Positions 35,908-44,600 of a DNA stretch of 64,000 nt are shown here, in pieces. The stretch covers positions 1,059 to 65,058 of the forward strand of contig CAIOKC010000029.1 of assembly GCA_903858755.1 (NCBI GenBank), given 5' to 3'. Numbering within the stretch: the stretch's first letter is position 1; each line of letters starts with the position of its first letter. The notes below the pieces were generated by a model. It had not been told where the DNA came from. It ran no database searches and was given only the letters and a program-made list of their open reading frames with translations. Made by a program: the position numbers and the translations under genes. The DNA comes from an uncultured bacterium. GTDB taxonomy: Bacteria > Patescibacteriota > Minisyncoccia > Phycocordibacterales > UBA2100.

Positions 35908-37060
35908 GGAGTTGCGCTATGCGCAGCGCGTTTTTCGAGGCGTCATGGAAGCGGCTGAACGTTGCAAGAGAATTTCTCACGAGCTTTTCACTATACGCAG
36001 AGTCGGCAATGACGCGTCGTATTTCGTCGCGGAGCTTCGCCGGGTCATAGCTTGTGACGACATGTGCGAATCCTTCGCGTTTTGCATACTGAGCCATGAA
36101 CGATTGTTCGGGTGCCTGTAGGACTATCGGTCGCCCTGCGAGGAGATATTCAGGCAATTTGCCGGGTACGGCAGTCAGTGTCACCACGGGACTTTCCCCA
36201 GGTCGCGCGAGTGGAATGAAAAGGATGTCGGCTTTTGTCTGAATGCGCGCCATCTCTTGAGGGGGGGCGCTTGCTAGCCGCACACTCTTGTTTGCGGCGA
36301 GCTTCTTCGCAAGTATCTCCGGTACGTGCCGCGGTACGTAGAGATCAGCCACGAGATCCGAAGTGTTGTGCACCGCTTGCGCTAGGCACAGCATGCTCTC
36401 TTCCTGAGCCCAATACACACTTCCGGTCGCAACGATGTGGTGGGGAGGGGCGTGCGGGGTTCTTCGTGTGCGCAGAGACTCGTATGGTTCTTGGAAGGAG
36501 CCGTTGTTTATGCAAAAGAATTTTTCTTTCATCCACGGGTATCGTCGGCAGTATTCTGTGTGGATTGCTTCGTTCGGGAAGATTGCAATGCTCGCATGTA
36601 TGAGGACTGCAGGTTCGATCAGCCATGAAAGAAGGTTCCACGCTGAGGGTAAGTGATTGCCCCGGTACATATCGAAGAAATGGAGCACAAGCGGTGTACG
36701 GGACATAATCGACAGGAGGCATCCGAGTGTGAGTCCTCCGCCAGTATCGCTGGTCGTGTATATAATCTCGGATTGCTCGTCTTGTACGAGGCGAAGACCG
36801 TATGCAACCGTGCGGACGCTGCTGACTGCTGCCGAAAGGACGCGCATCGAAGCGCTACTTCTTGGAAAGAAGCGATACGCGCAGGGAAGGACCGGTCCAG
36901 GCTCTGAGACTCTCATGACGCCCTCTCTGGTGTAGATTGCGTACATCCGCGCGTCAAACTGAGAGAAGAAATTGTAGAGGTGCTGTGCACTCCCGCCAGG
37001 GCGTGGCGGTGCCCAGGAAGAAACAATCAGGACTTTCTTACCGAGTGTCAGATGCGGCAT
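35852..37060 (-). CDS. GT4 glycosyltransferase
   Basis: Start at ATG 37058-37060 (MPHLTLGKKVLIVSSWAPP). Conserved C-terminal sequence GKLPEYLLAGRPIV. The tail overlaps fnlC by 56 nt, tail-to-tail. Confidence 0.6.
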   Translation of the reverse strand: MPHLTLGKKVLIVSSWAPPRPGGSAQHLYNFFSQFDARMYAIYTREGVMRVSEPGPVLPCAYRFFPRSSASMRVLSAAVSSVRTVAYGLRLVQDEQSEIIYTTSDTGGGLTLGCLLSIMSRTPLVLHFFDMYRGNHLPSAWNLLSWLIEPAVLIHASIAIFPNEAIHTEYCRRYPWMKEKFFCINNGSFQEPYESLRTRRTPHAPPHHIVATGSVYWAQEESMLCLAQAVHNTSDLVADLYVPRHVPEILAKKLAANKSVRLASAPPQEMARIQTKADILFIPLARPGESPVVTLTAVPGKLPEYLLAGRPIVLQAPEQSFMAQYAKREGFAHVVTSYDPAKLRDEIRRVIADSAYSEKLVRNSLATFSRFHDASKNALRIAQLLTALPTKRHAGRSQYNSR

Positions 37061-38354
37061 GTTCGAGAGAAGTATTTTTCCGGTGCAAGAGGTACCATTG
37101 GATAAGGCTGATGACAAAAGCTGAGAGATTCTCGATCGCTTTGCTCACGATGACCCCCCAGATTCCGATTACGGGAAGCAGTGCGATGAGCGCTCCGATA
37201 TGCAGCGCGTCAGGTACGACCGCCCAATACAACCACCCGGGTGGAATAGCGTGGAGTTTTGCTTGCAATGCGGTCGCCAGAAGCGAGGAGGGGAGGGTTA
37301 TGACAATAAGTGCGGCGAGCATTTGAGAGTAGTGTACCGAAGCGAGGTACTGTGGGAAGATGAAAGCATACAAAGCGGGGGATGCGACTGCGTAAACCAG
37401 TGTTATTGCGATGCCTAGAGCGGCAAGGAATGCCATGCGCCTGATAAGCATTCGATCAATCTCAATAAAGGATCGTTGTGCCATCTTCGGAAGTGCGAGC
37501 GTGGGAAGATTCTTTGAGAACAACGCGCGCATTTGTTCTGTCGGTGCGAGCGCAAAAGAGTAGATTGCGACCTGGATCGGACCAAGAAAATGAAATAGCA
37601 GAACGGTGTCTATGTAAGAGACTATTTGTCCAACGACTCCTATTACACTGAGATGCGCGCCGTATCCGATTGCGCTCGTGTCAAGCTCCGCATTAGGGGG
37701 GAATGTGCGCAAGGTCTTGCGCAAGAAATACAGGCGCAGGAGAGTTGGCGGGACAAAATACGCTAGCAGCAGAATCACCACATTAGTTGTGAGGAACATT
37801 GTCGCGATCAGGGAAAGTGCCGACCCGAGCTGTACGGCAACGAAGAAACGAATGGCCTGTCCAAATCGCCGCGTACTCTGCAGGTATGTGTTGTAGAGCC
37901 CGAGTGTCTCAACGAATGGGATGAACACTGCCGCGATTGCAAGCGCGGAAGCGAGTTGCATGTTGTCATTCCACGCGTAGTACGATGCGCCGGCAAGAGC
38001 ACCGACACTGCCGAGGATGCCCCAGAGGAGCCGTGCTCGAATTGCTGCGACGAATGTGCCTTCTGCGCCGCGGGCGATTGCCTGCGCCACATAGGTATTT
38101 ACCCCCGGGAGCGTTGTAATGCTGAGAATACCAACAATCGCGAGTGCAAATTTGTATGTGCCATAAACGTCTTTTGGCACCAGGTGTGAGAAAGCGACAG
38201 CGACCGCGAACACAGCAATTGTCGAGATTAACTGACCAAACGTGAGCCATGATCCTCCTTGCGCGAGGTACACCATGTCCGTTTTTGTATACTTCTCGCT
38301 CCGTCGCAGAGCCGAGACAGCGCGTTCCTTCAGTGACCTGAGCATTGGATACAT
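37038..38354 (-). CDS. wzx: Polysaccharide flippase, MOP/Wzx family
   Basis: 438 aa, ~12-14 TM helices with the typical Wzx layout. The precise start is uncertain (38354 or 38345). Confidence 0.6.
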   Translation of the reverse strand: MYPMLRSLKERAVSALRRSEKYTKTDMVYLAQGGSWLTFGQLISTIAVFAVAVAFSHLVPKDVYGTYKFALAIVGILSITTLPGVNTYVAQAIARGAEGTFVAAIRARLLWGILGSVGALAGASYYAWNDNMQLASALAIAAVFIPFVETLGLYNTYLQSTRRFGQAIRFFVAVQLGSALSLIATMFLTTNVVILLLAYFVPPTLLRLYFLRKTLRTFPPNAELDTSAIGYGAHLSVIGVVGQIVSYIDTVLLFHFLGPIQVAIYSFALAPTEQMRALFSKNLPTLALPKMAQRSFIEIDRMLIRRMAFLAALGIAITLVYAVASPALYAFIFPQYLASVHYSQMLAALIVITLPSSLLATALQAKLHAIPPGWLYWAVVPDALHIGALIALLPVIGIWGVIVSKAIENLSAFVISLIQWYLLHRKNTSLEHAASDTR

Positions 38355-38414
38355 AGTAGCCGCTCGATCTTTTAAGCGCTAGCACACCGATCTCGGTGTG
38401 GTAGCATACGCCCC

Positions 38415-40625
38415 ATGGCGACGCTCGAGAACATGCTGCGGTGGGTGGTGATTGCGTGCGCTTTCGCGCTTCCGTTTGTCGTGTTCATCATCTCCAACTC
38501 GCTCTTCTTCCCGTTCATCACGGGCAAGAATTTCACGTTTCGCATCGTCGTCGAGATCATGGCGGGCGCGTGGCTTTCGCTCGCGCTCGTCTATCCGAAG
38601 TACCGACCGACACGCTCGCTCATACTCGGCGTATTCACAGCGTTCGTCGCTCTCATCGCGCTTTCTGATGTGCTCGGCGTGCATCCGTTCAAGAGCTTCT
38701 GGAGCAATTATGAGCGCATGGATGGCTGGATCACGCTCGCGCATCTCGCGCTCTACCTTTTTGCCGCCGTATCCGTCCTCAATACGGAGAATCTATGGCG
38801 GCGACTCTGGCAGACGAGCATCGGCATATCCGCTACCCTTTCCGTCTACGGGCTTTTGCAGCTTGCCGGGATTCTCGCGTTCGGACAGAAGACCGGCACT
38901 GGTCTTGCTGCTCGCGTCGACGCGACCTTCGGCAACCCGATCTATCTCGCGGTCTACATGCTTTTCCATATCTTTATGGCATCGCTCCTCTGGGCGCAGG
39001 CGTGGCGCGAACGCGCACCGGGGAAACGAGCCATGATTTCATGGTGGTATGGCTCCGTCATCGTGCTCGATACCATCGTACTTTTTTTCACCGGGACGCG
39101 CGGCGCTATGCTCGGCTTGATCGGCGGCGCACTCTCTGCGATCGTGCTCTATGCCTTCGTCGCTGGTGGCGCCCGTATCCGCGGACTCGCGGTCGGGAGT
39201 CTCGTCGGCGTGGCGCTTCTCGGGGGAGCTCTGTGGTCCGCGCGCGATACGTCGCTCGTGAAGAGTGTCGGATTCCTCGATCGCCTGGCGTCGATATCGC
39301 TCTCGGACGCGACGGTGAAAGCGCGCTTCATCAACTGGTCGATCGCATGGCAAGGGGTGAAAGAGCGCCCGGTGTTCGGATGGGGGCAGGAAAATTACGC
39401 TATCGTCTTCGACAAGTACTACGATCCGCGCATGTACGAGCAGGAACCGTGGTTTGATCGCGTCCACAATATCGTTTTCGATTGGTGGATCGCCGGCGGT
39501 ACGCTCGGTCTCTTTGCGTATCTATCGATATTCGCGGCAGCGTTGTGGACGCTCTGGAGGAGTCAGGCGTTTTCGGTCGGAGAGAAAAGCATTCTCACCG
39601 GTCTGCTCGCGGGATACTTCACGCACAACTTCTTCGTATTCGACAACGTCACAAGCTATATCGCGTTTGGCATGCTTGTGGGGTACATCGTGTGGCACAC
39701 TCGCGGCTCGGGCGGTACATTCCTCGAGGATGTGCGCATACCCGAGGGAGCGCTGCCAGTCGTCGCCGCGTGTATCGTCGTCCTTACCTGGGGAGGCGCA
39801 TGGTATGCGAATGCGGGCGCGCTCGCGCAGAATCGCGCGCTCCTCTCATCGCTCGAGCCGCAAGAAGGAGGGTTGAAGAAGAATCTCGAGCTTCTGCAGA
39901 AATCGATTGCGTACGGGAGTTTCGGCACCCAGGAGGCGCGAGAGCAGCTCGCGCAGATCGCTTCTCGTGTCGCGACGATCGACGCGGATCTCCCGACCAA
40001 ACAGGCGTTTTTCGAGGCGGGTACGCGCGAGATGGCACTGCAAGCCGATGCGTCGCCGCTCGATGCGCGATTCCCGCTTTTCCTCGGACTCCTCTTCAAT
40101 TCATACGGCGACTACGCGGATGCGATGCCAGCGCTTGAGCGTGCCCGTGCTCTCTCACCGAAAAAGCAGTCGATCATCCTCCAGATGGCAGCGACCGCGG
40201 AAGCGCTCGGCGATACGGGTCGCAGCATCGCGCTTTTCAAGGAAGCGTACGAGCTCGACACCTCTTTTGCGGGCGTGCGGGTACTCTACGCGGCGGCGCT
40301 CGTGCGGGCGGCGCGCGACGCGGAAGCGGACATGATCCTTGCGCCGATCATCTCCTCCGGGGAAGCGGCGAATCAGCAGCTTCTCGCAGCGTATATGGCG
40401 CGAACGCAGTATGGGAAGATTAGTACGATCTGGGAGGCGTATGTGAAGACTCATCCGGCAGATGCTCAGGGGTTCCTCACGCTCGCGTCCGCCTACTACG
40501 CTTCCGGCGATTCAGAGAAAGCTGTGGCGACGCTCCGGCGCATAGACGCGCGCGATGCGGCGACGAAAGCGCAGGTCGAACAATTGATACAAGAAGTGCG
40601 CAGCGGGACCGCGCAGCTGCTATAA
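38415..40625 (+). CDS. O-antigen-ligase/polymerase (Wzy_C-type) membrane domain + C-terminal TPR repeats
   Basis: ~12 TM helices with a large periplasmic loop (GTRGAMLGLIGGAL... region) typical of WaaL/Wzy_C. The last ~300 aa are TPR-like helical repeats (YGDYADAMPALERARALSP...AYYASGDSEKAVATLRR). Confidence 0.6.
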   Translation: MATLENMLRWVVIACAFALPFVVFIISNSLFFPFITGKNFTFRIVVEIMAGAWLSLALVYPKYRPTRSLILGVFTAFVALIALSDVLGVHPFKSFWSNYERMDGWITLAHLALYLFAAVSVLNTENLWRRLWQTSIGISATLSVYGLLQLAGILAFGQKTGTGLAARVDATFGNPIYLAVYMLFHIFMASLLWAQAWRERAPGKRAMISWWYGSVIVLDTIVLFFTGTRGAMLGLIGGALSAIVLYAFVAGGARIRGLAVGSLVGVALLGGALWSARDTSLVKSVGFLDRLASISLSDATVKARFINWSIAWQGVKERPVFGWGQENYAIVFDKYYDPRMYEQEPWFDRVHNIVFDWWIAGGTLGLFAYLSIFAAALWTLWRSQAFSVGEKSILTGLLAGYFTHNFFVFDNVTSYIAFGMLVGYIVWHTRGSGGTFLEDVRIPEGALPVVAACIVVLTWGGAWYANAGALAQNRALLSSLEPQEGGLKKNLELLQKSIAYGSFGTQEAREQLAQIASRVATIDADLPTKQAFFEAGTREMALQADASPLDARFPLFLGLLFNSYGDYADAMPALERARALSPKKQSIILQMAATAEALGDTGRSIALFKEAYELDTSFAGVRVLYAAALVRAARDAEADMILAPIISSGEAANQQLLAAYMARTQYGKISTIWEAYVKTHPADAQGFLTLASAYYASGDSEKAVATLRRIDARDAATKAQVEQLIQEVRSGTAQLL

Positions 40626-40716
40626 GTGTTGCGCGCGTCTGATTTCGGGCTATACTGCGCTTGTGAGTGCCACACAGTTCTGTGGACTGTGCGACACGAT
40701 TGAAAGTCCGTAGTAC

Positions 40717-40738
40717 CCGCCGCAAGGCGGGTTTCTGC
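40717..40738 (+). terminator. Rho-independent terminator candidate
   Basis: CCCGCC-GCAA-GGCGGG followed by TTTCTG. ~90 nt downstream of the 40625 stop. Confidence 0.45.
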
Positions 40739-40801
40739 GCCCTCGGTCTCCTTGTTTGTTTGCGAGCGAGACACATGGTGCTAGGATTGTGCATAGGTAC
40801 G

Positions 40802-40887
40802 GCGCAGCGTGGAGGGCGGCGGCACTCACATAAGACTTTCACTTTGGAGCTCGCACCCGCCTTCCACGCTGCGCCGTATTTTTTTGA
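40802..40887 (+). terminator. Long hairpin + U-run (terminator or structured-RNA 3' end)
   Basis: 19-nt arms GGCGCAGCGTGGAGGGCGG / CCGCCTTCCACGCTGCGCC (one mismatch) with a 37-nt loop, followed by GTATTTTTTT. Confidence 0.4.
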
Positions 40888-41228
40888 ACACGCGATCGCG
40901 CGACCTGGAAATATTTTTTGAAATAAAAACGCGATCGTCAGATGAGTTTTTATTTTCTAAAAAGTTATCCACATTCGCACACGTATGATGCATTGCGCAG
41001 GTACATCGGTGCAATAATGAAAGAGAAAACGCGTTGTGCTGCACATCGGTGCGCAGGCGTGGGTCGAACTTAGTACTCAAAACGAAATTTATATGGCAAA
41101 GAAAAAGAAGGCAAAGAAAGCAAAGGCAAAGAAGCGCCGCTAAGCTCGCGTTTCTCTGGCTAGAGAACCAACGATCCCTCCACCCGGAGGGATCGTTGTT
41201 CGTTGGGAGGAGACCGTATCACCAAGAA

Positions 41229-41259
41229 CCCACCTAGGACACGCCGTGTCCTAGGTGGG
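41229..41259. repeat. REP1 palindrome copy a: CCCACCTAGGACACG-C-CGTGTCCTAGGTGGG
   Basis: Perfect 15-1-15 inverted repeat. The core CTAGGACACG-N-CGTGTCCTAG recurs at 43807-43827 and 44492-44512. Confidence 0.65.
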
Positions 41260-41311
41260 TTCGTGTGCGGCGCGTGTCGCGCGAGATATTCATTTGCGGT
41301 AGGATGCTCCA

Positions 41312-43810
41312 ATGGCGTTCTGGAAACGACTCTTGGGAGATGAAAATGCGGCAGCGCTCAAGCGCGCGCAATTCATCGTCGAGCGGACGAACGCGCTCGA
41401 GGAGGGGGTGCGCGCCCTTTCGGATGACGCGCTCAAAGCGAAGACGACTGCTTTCAGGGATCGCATTCAAAAAGGAGAGGCGTTGGACGATCTCGCTCCT
41501 GAAGCATTTGCGGTGGTCCGTGAGGCTTCGCGCAGGACGCTCGGTCAGCGGCATTTCGATGTGCAGCTCATCGGTGGGATGATACTGCACCAAGGGGGGA
41601 TCGCCGAGATGCGGACCGGCGAGGGGAAGACACTTGTCGCGACCTTGCCCGCATACCTCAATGCTCTGTCGGGCAAAGGCGTGCACGTCGTCACCGTCAA
41701 CGACTATCTCTCCAGGCGCGATGCGGTATGGATGGGGCAGATTTACCACGCGCTTGGGATTTCGGTCGGAGTCATCAATCACGAATCTTCCTATCTCTAC
41801 GATCCATCGCACGCGATCGACGATGCCGAGCGAGACGAACTCGGCGCTTTCAAGGTGATGCACGATTTCCTGCGACCGTGCACGCGGCATGAAGCATACG
41901 CCGCGGATATCACGTACGGCACCAACAACGAGTACGGCTTCGACTACTTGCGGGACAATCTGGAATACGAGAGCTCCAAGCTTCGTCAGCGCTTGCCGCA
42001 GACGGGAGGATACCACTTTGCGATCGTCGACGAGATAGATTCGATCCTCATCGACGAAGCGCGAACGCCGCTCATCATCTCTGCGCCCGTCTCCGACGCG
42101 GAGTCGCTCTACGGGCGCTTCGCGAATATCGCCCGCACGCTCGCGCTCGGGGAGGATTACGCGGTCGACGAGAAGCACAAGCAGATATCGCTTACGGATG
42201 CGGGTATTGAGAAGGCGCAGAAAGCGCTCGGGATCGAGAACATCTATACGGACGCGGGCATCAAATACGTGCATCATCTCGAGACCGCGACGCGCGCCGC
42301 CGCTCTTTTCAGGCGGGACAAGGATTATGTCGTACGCGACGGCGCCATCGTGATCGTCGACGAATTCACCGGAAGACTCCAGCCGGGGCGGCGATGGTCT
42401 GAGGGTCTGCATCAGGCGATCGAAGCGAAGGAGGGAGTGCTTGTCCAGCAGGAATCTCGCACGTTCGCGTCGATCACGTTCCAGAATTATTTCCGCCTGT
42501 ATGGCAAGCTCGCCGGTATGACGGGCACGGCGACGACCTCGTCGGAAGAATTCTACAAAGTGTATGGTCTCAATACCGTAGTCGTCCCCACGAACAAGCA
42601 AGCCAAGCGCAAAGACAGCGACGATCTTATATTCCAGACCGAGAACGGGAAGATGAGGGCGATTGCGCGCAGGGTGAAAGAGCTGCATGAGAAAGGGCAG
42701 CCAGTCCTTGTGGGGACCGCTTCCGTCGAGAAGAACGAGCTCCTCTCGGCGCATTTCAAGCAGGAAGGAATCCCGCACGAGGTACTGAACGCGAAGAATC
42801 ATGAGCGGGAGGGCGAGATCATCGCGCAAGCAGGGAAGAGAGGCGCGGTCACGATCGCGACCAACATGGCGGGTCGCGGTGTGGACATCAAACTCGGCGG
42901 GAATCCTTCGATCGATGCAGAGTATGAGGCAGTAAAAGACCTGGGAGGACTCTTTGTCCTCGGTACCGAACGGCACGAGGCGCGCCGTATCGACAATCAG
43001 CTTCGCGGTCGCTCCGGTCGCCAAGGAGATCCCGGCGAAACGCAGTTTTTCGTATCGCTCGAAGATCCGCTCATGCGCATTTTCGCGAACGAGACAATCA
43101 AGCGCGTGATGGGTTCGTTCAACATACCGGAAGACGAGCCGATCCATAACCCGATGATCACGAGAGCGCTCGAGAAAGCACAGACGCGCATCGAAGAATT
43201 GCATTTCGATTCGCGGAAACACGTCCTCGCCTACGACGACGTCCTCAATATCCAGCGGCAATCCGTATACGCGCGCCGCCGCATGCTCCTGACGGGAGAG
43301 CACGCTGCGCTCGACGAGGAGCTTGCGCGCATTGGTCTCGGAGATGGGGCATTCGCAGCCACAGCGGAAAAGAAAAAGAGCGAGCTCGGAGACGCGTTCT
43401 ACCCGAGCGTCCGGCGTTTCCTTCTGCAGACGGTAGATTTCCTCTGGGTGGAACATCTGGAAGCGATGGAGTATTTGAGGAGTTCGGTCAATCTTCGCGC
43501 TTACGGTCAGCGGGATCCTCTTGTGGAATACAAGAAAGAAGGGCTCCGTCTCTTCCAGACCATGGAAGAAACGTATCAGATGCAAGCCGCGCACTCCCTG
43601 GCGAGCCTCGGAGCAGCGCCACCGAGCGCTCCTGCAAGCGCTGTCAGGAAAGCAGCGCTTGCCCTCACTGCGCAACACCCAGGGGGAGGGAGGGAAGAAT
43701 ACGGTCGCAACGACAGGATCACGATCACAAACGGGACGGAGACGCGAGAGATGAAGTACAAGAAAGCGGAAGGCTTGCTTTCGCAAGGCTGGCGCATCAT
43801 CGAAAACTAG
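41312..43810 (+). CDS. secA: Preprotein translocase ATPase subunit SecA
   Basis: 832 aa. MRTGEGKTLVATLPAYLNAL (Walker A), DEIDSILIDEARTPLIIS (DEAD-like), two NBDs, preprotein cross-linking domain and helical scaffold. The stop TAG lies within REP1 copy b. Confidence 0.9.
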   Translation: MAFWKRLLGDENAAALKRAQFIVERTNALEEGVRALSDDALKAKTTAFRDRIQKGEALDDLAPEAFAVVREASRRTLGQRHFDVQLIGGMILHQGGIAEMRTGEGKTLVATLPAYLNALSGKGVHVVTVNDYLSRRDAVWMGQIYHALGISVGVINHESSYLYDPSHAIDDAERDELGAFKVMHDFLRPCTRHEAYAADITYGTNNEYGFDYLRDNLEYESSKLRQRLPQTGGYHFAIVDEIDSILIDEARTPLIISAPVSDAESLYGRFANIARTLALGEDYAVDEKHKQISLTDAGIEKAQKALGIENIYTDAGIKYVHHLETATRAAALFRRDKDYVVRDGAIVIVDEFTGRLQPGRRWSEGLHQAIEAKEGVLVQQESRTFASITFQNYFRLYGKLAGMTGTATTSSEEFYKVYGLNTVVVPTNKQAKRKDSDDLIFQTENGKMRAIARRVKELHEKGQPVLVGTASVEKNELLSAHFKQEGIPHEVLNAKNHEREGEIIAQAGKRGAVTIATNMAGRGVDIKLGGNPSIDAEYEAVKDLGGLFVLGTERHEARRIDNQLRGRSGRQGDPGETQFFVSLEDPLMRIFANETIKRVMGSFNIPEDEPIHNPMITRALEKAQTRIEELHFDSRKHVLAYDDVLNIQRQSVYARRRMLLTGEHAALDEELARIGLGDGAFAATAEKKKSELGDAFYPSVRRFLLQTVDFLWVEHLEAMEYLRSSVNLRAYGQRDPLVEYKKEGLRLFQTMEETYQMQAAHSLASLGAAPPSAPASAVRKAALALTAQHPGGGREEYGRNDRITITNGTETREMKYKKAEGLLSQGWRIIEN

Positions 43811-44518
43811 GACACGCCGTGTCCTAGTTTTCGATGTCGAGGCTACGCTCTGCTTTCGCGCGATCAGAAATAATCGAGCGTATTTCGTTCTCGTACCTTC
43901 TTCTCGATCCCACCATATCTGTAAGCAGAGCGGTGTCGATTATGGAAGGGAAGTTTCGCACCCCGCAGTAGTCGAGGTGGCTGCTCCACCGATATTCCAG
44001 CAGATACTTCAGCGCTCTGTCTGGGTCGCGCACTCCGCCTGAGCGCCACGCGGGGAACTTGTGATCAAGTGGATTCAGATGCACATAATAGGGGATGTAC
44101 ATAAAGTGCGCGTCGCGTTGCAGCGGTATCTTTTTTGAGGGTCCTTGCCATAGCACGCCTGAGCGATCGTATTTTTCGTTGAAGTATTTCGCGTATCCCA
44201 TGTTGAATTTTTGCAGAAAACGAGAGATACCATGTTCCGTGCGCTCTGAAAGAATAAGGTGGTAATGGTTTTCCATGAGGCAGAATGCATGGATGCTGAC
44301 GAGCCGTTCCCGACTCTTCTCCGCATGTCGTCCGGGAAGGATGTAATTTTGCGCCAGCTTTTCGTCGTTGAAGGCATATAAATCATGCAGGAACCGCAAA
44401 CGGTCTTTGTCGTCGAGCACGACGGCGCGTTTCTCCACTCCGCGGTTTAGCACGTGGAACAACTCTTCTGCCATACCCCCATTGTACCAAACTAGGACAC
44501 GGCGTGTCCTAGTTTGGT
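43801..44518 (-). mobile_element. REP/RAYT unit 1: Y1 HuH transposase gene flanked by two REP1 palindromes
   Basis: REP1b (43801-43833, 16-1-16 palindrome) and REP1c (44486-44518) bracket the RAYT ORF. Confidence 0.6.
43824..44474 (-). CDS. REP-associated tyrosine transposase-like protein (Y1 HuH, COG1943/IS200-like fold)
   Basis: Start at ATG 44472-44474 (MAEELFHVLNRGVEKRAVV). HuH motif MENHYHLIL. Conserved sequence AHFMYIPYYVHLNPLD. Conserved C-terminal sequence RWSSHLDY. Confidence 0.65.
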   Translation of the reverse strand: MAEELFHVLNRGVEKRAVVLDDKDRLRFLHDLYAFNDEKLAQNYILPGRHAEKSRERLVSIHAFCLMENHYHLILSERTEHGISRFLQKFNMGYAKYFNEKYDRSGVLWQGPSKKIPLQRDAHFMYIPYYVHLNPLDHKFPAWRSGGVRDPDRALKYLLEYRWSSHLDYCGVRNFPSIIDTALLTDMVGSRRRYENEIRSIISDRAKAERSLDIEN

Positions 44519-44600
44519 GGGGGTAGATGCATAAGGATGATCTCAAGGATGATCACACGGAGGGTCTATAGAATGCGGCGCGGAGATTTGGTACAGTACG

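Noticed and set aside
40690-40760. RNase P RNA (the GAAAGTCCG segment resembles the conserved P4 region) or tmRNA in the secA upstream gap
   Set aside because: Only a single 9-nt resemblance. I could not find the partner P4 strand, the ACAGAA.CCGGCUUA 3' motif, or a tRNA-like T-loop. Left as an unclassified structured region. cmscan would settle it.
41234-43786. 850-aa minus-strand ORF
   Set aside because: Exactly antisense to secA, with Arg/Leu-rich low-complexity translation. It is a GC-driven open frame, not a gene.
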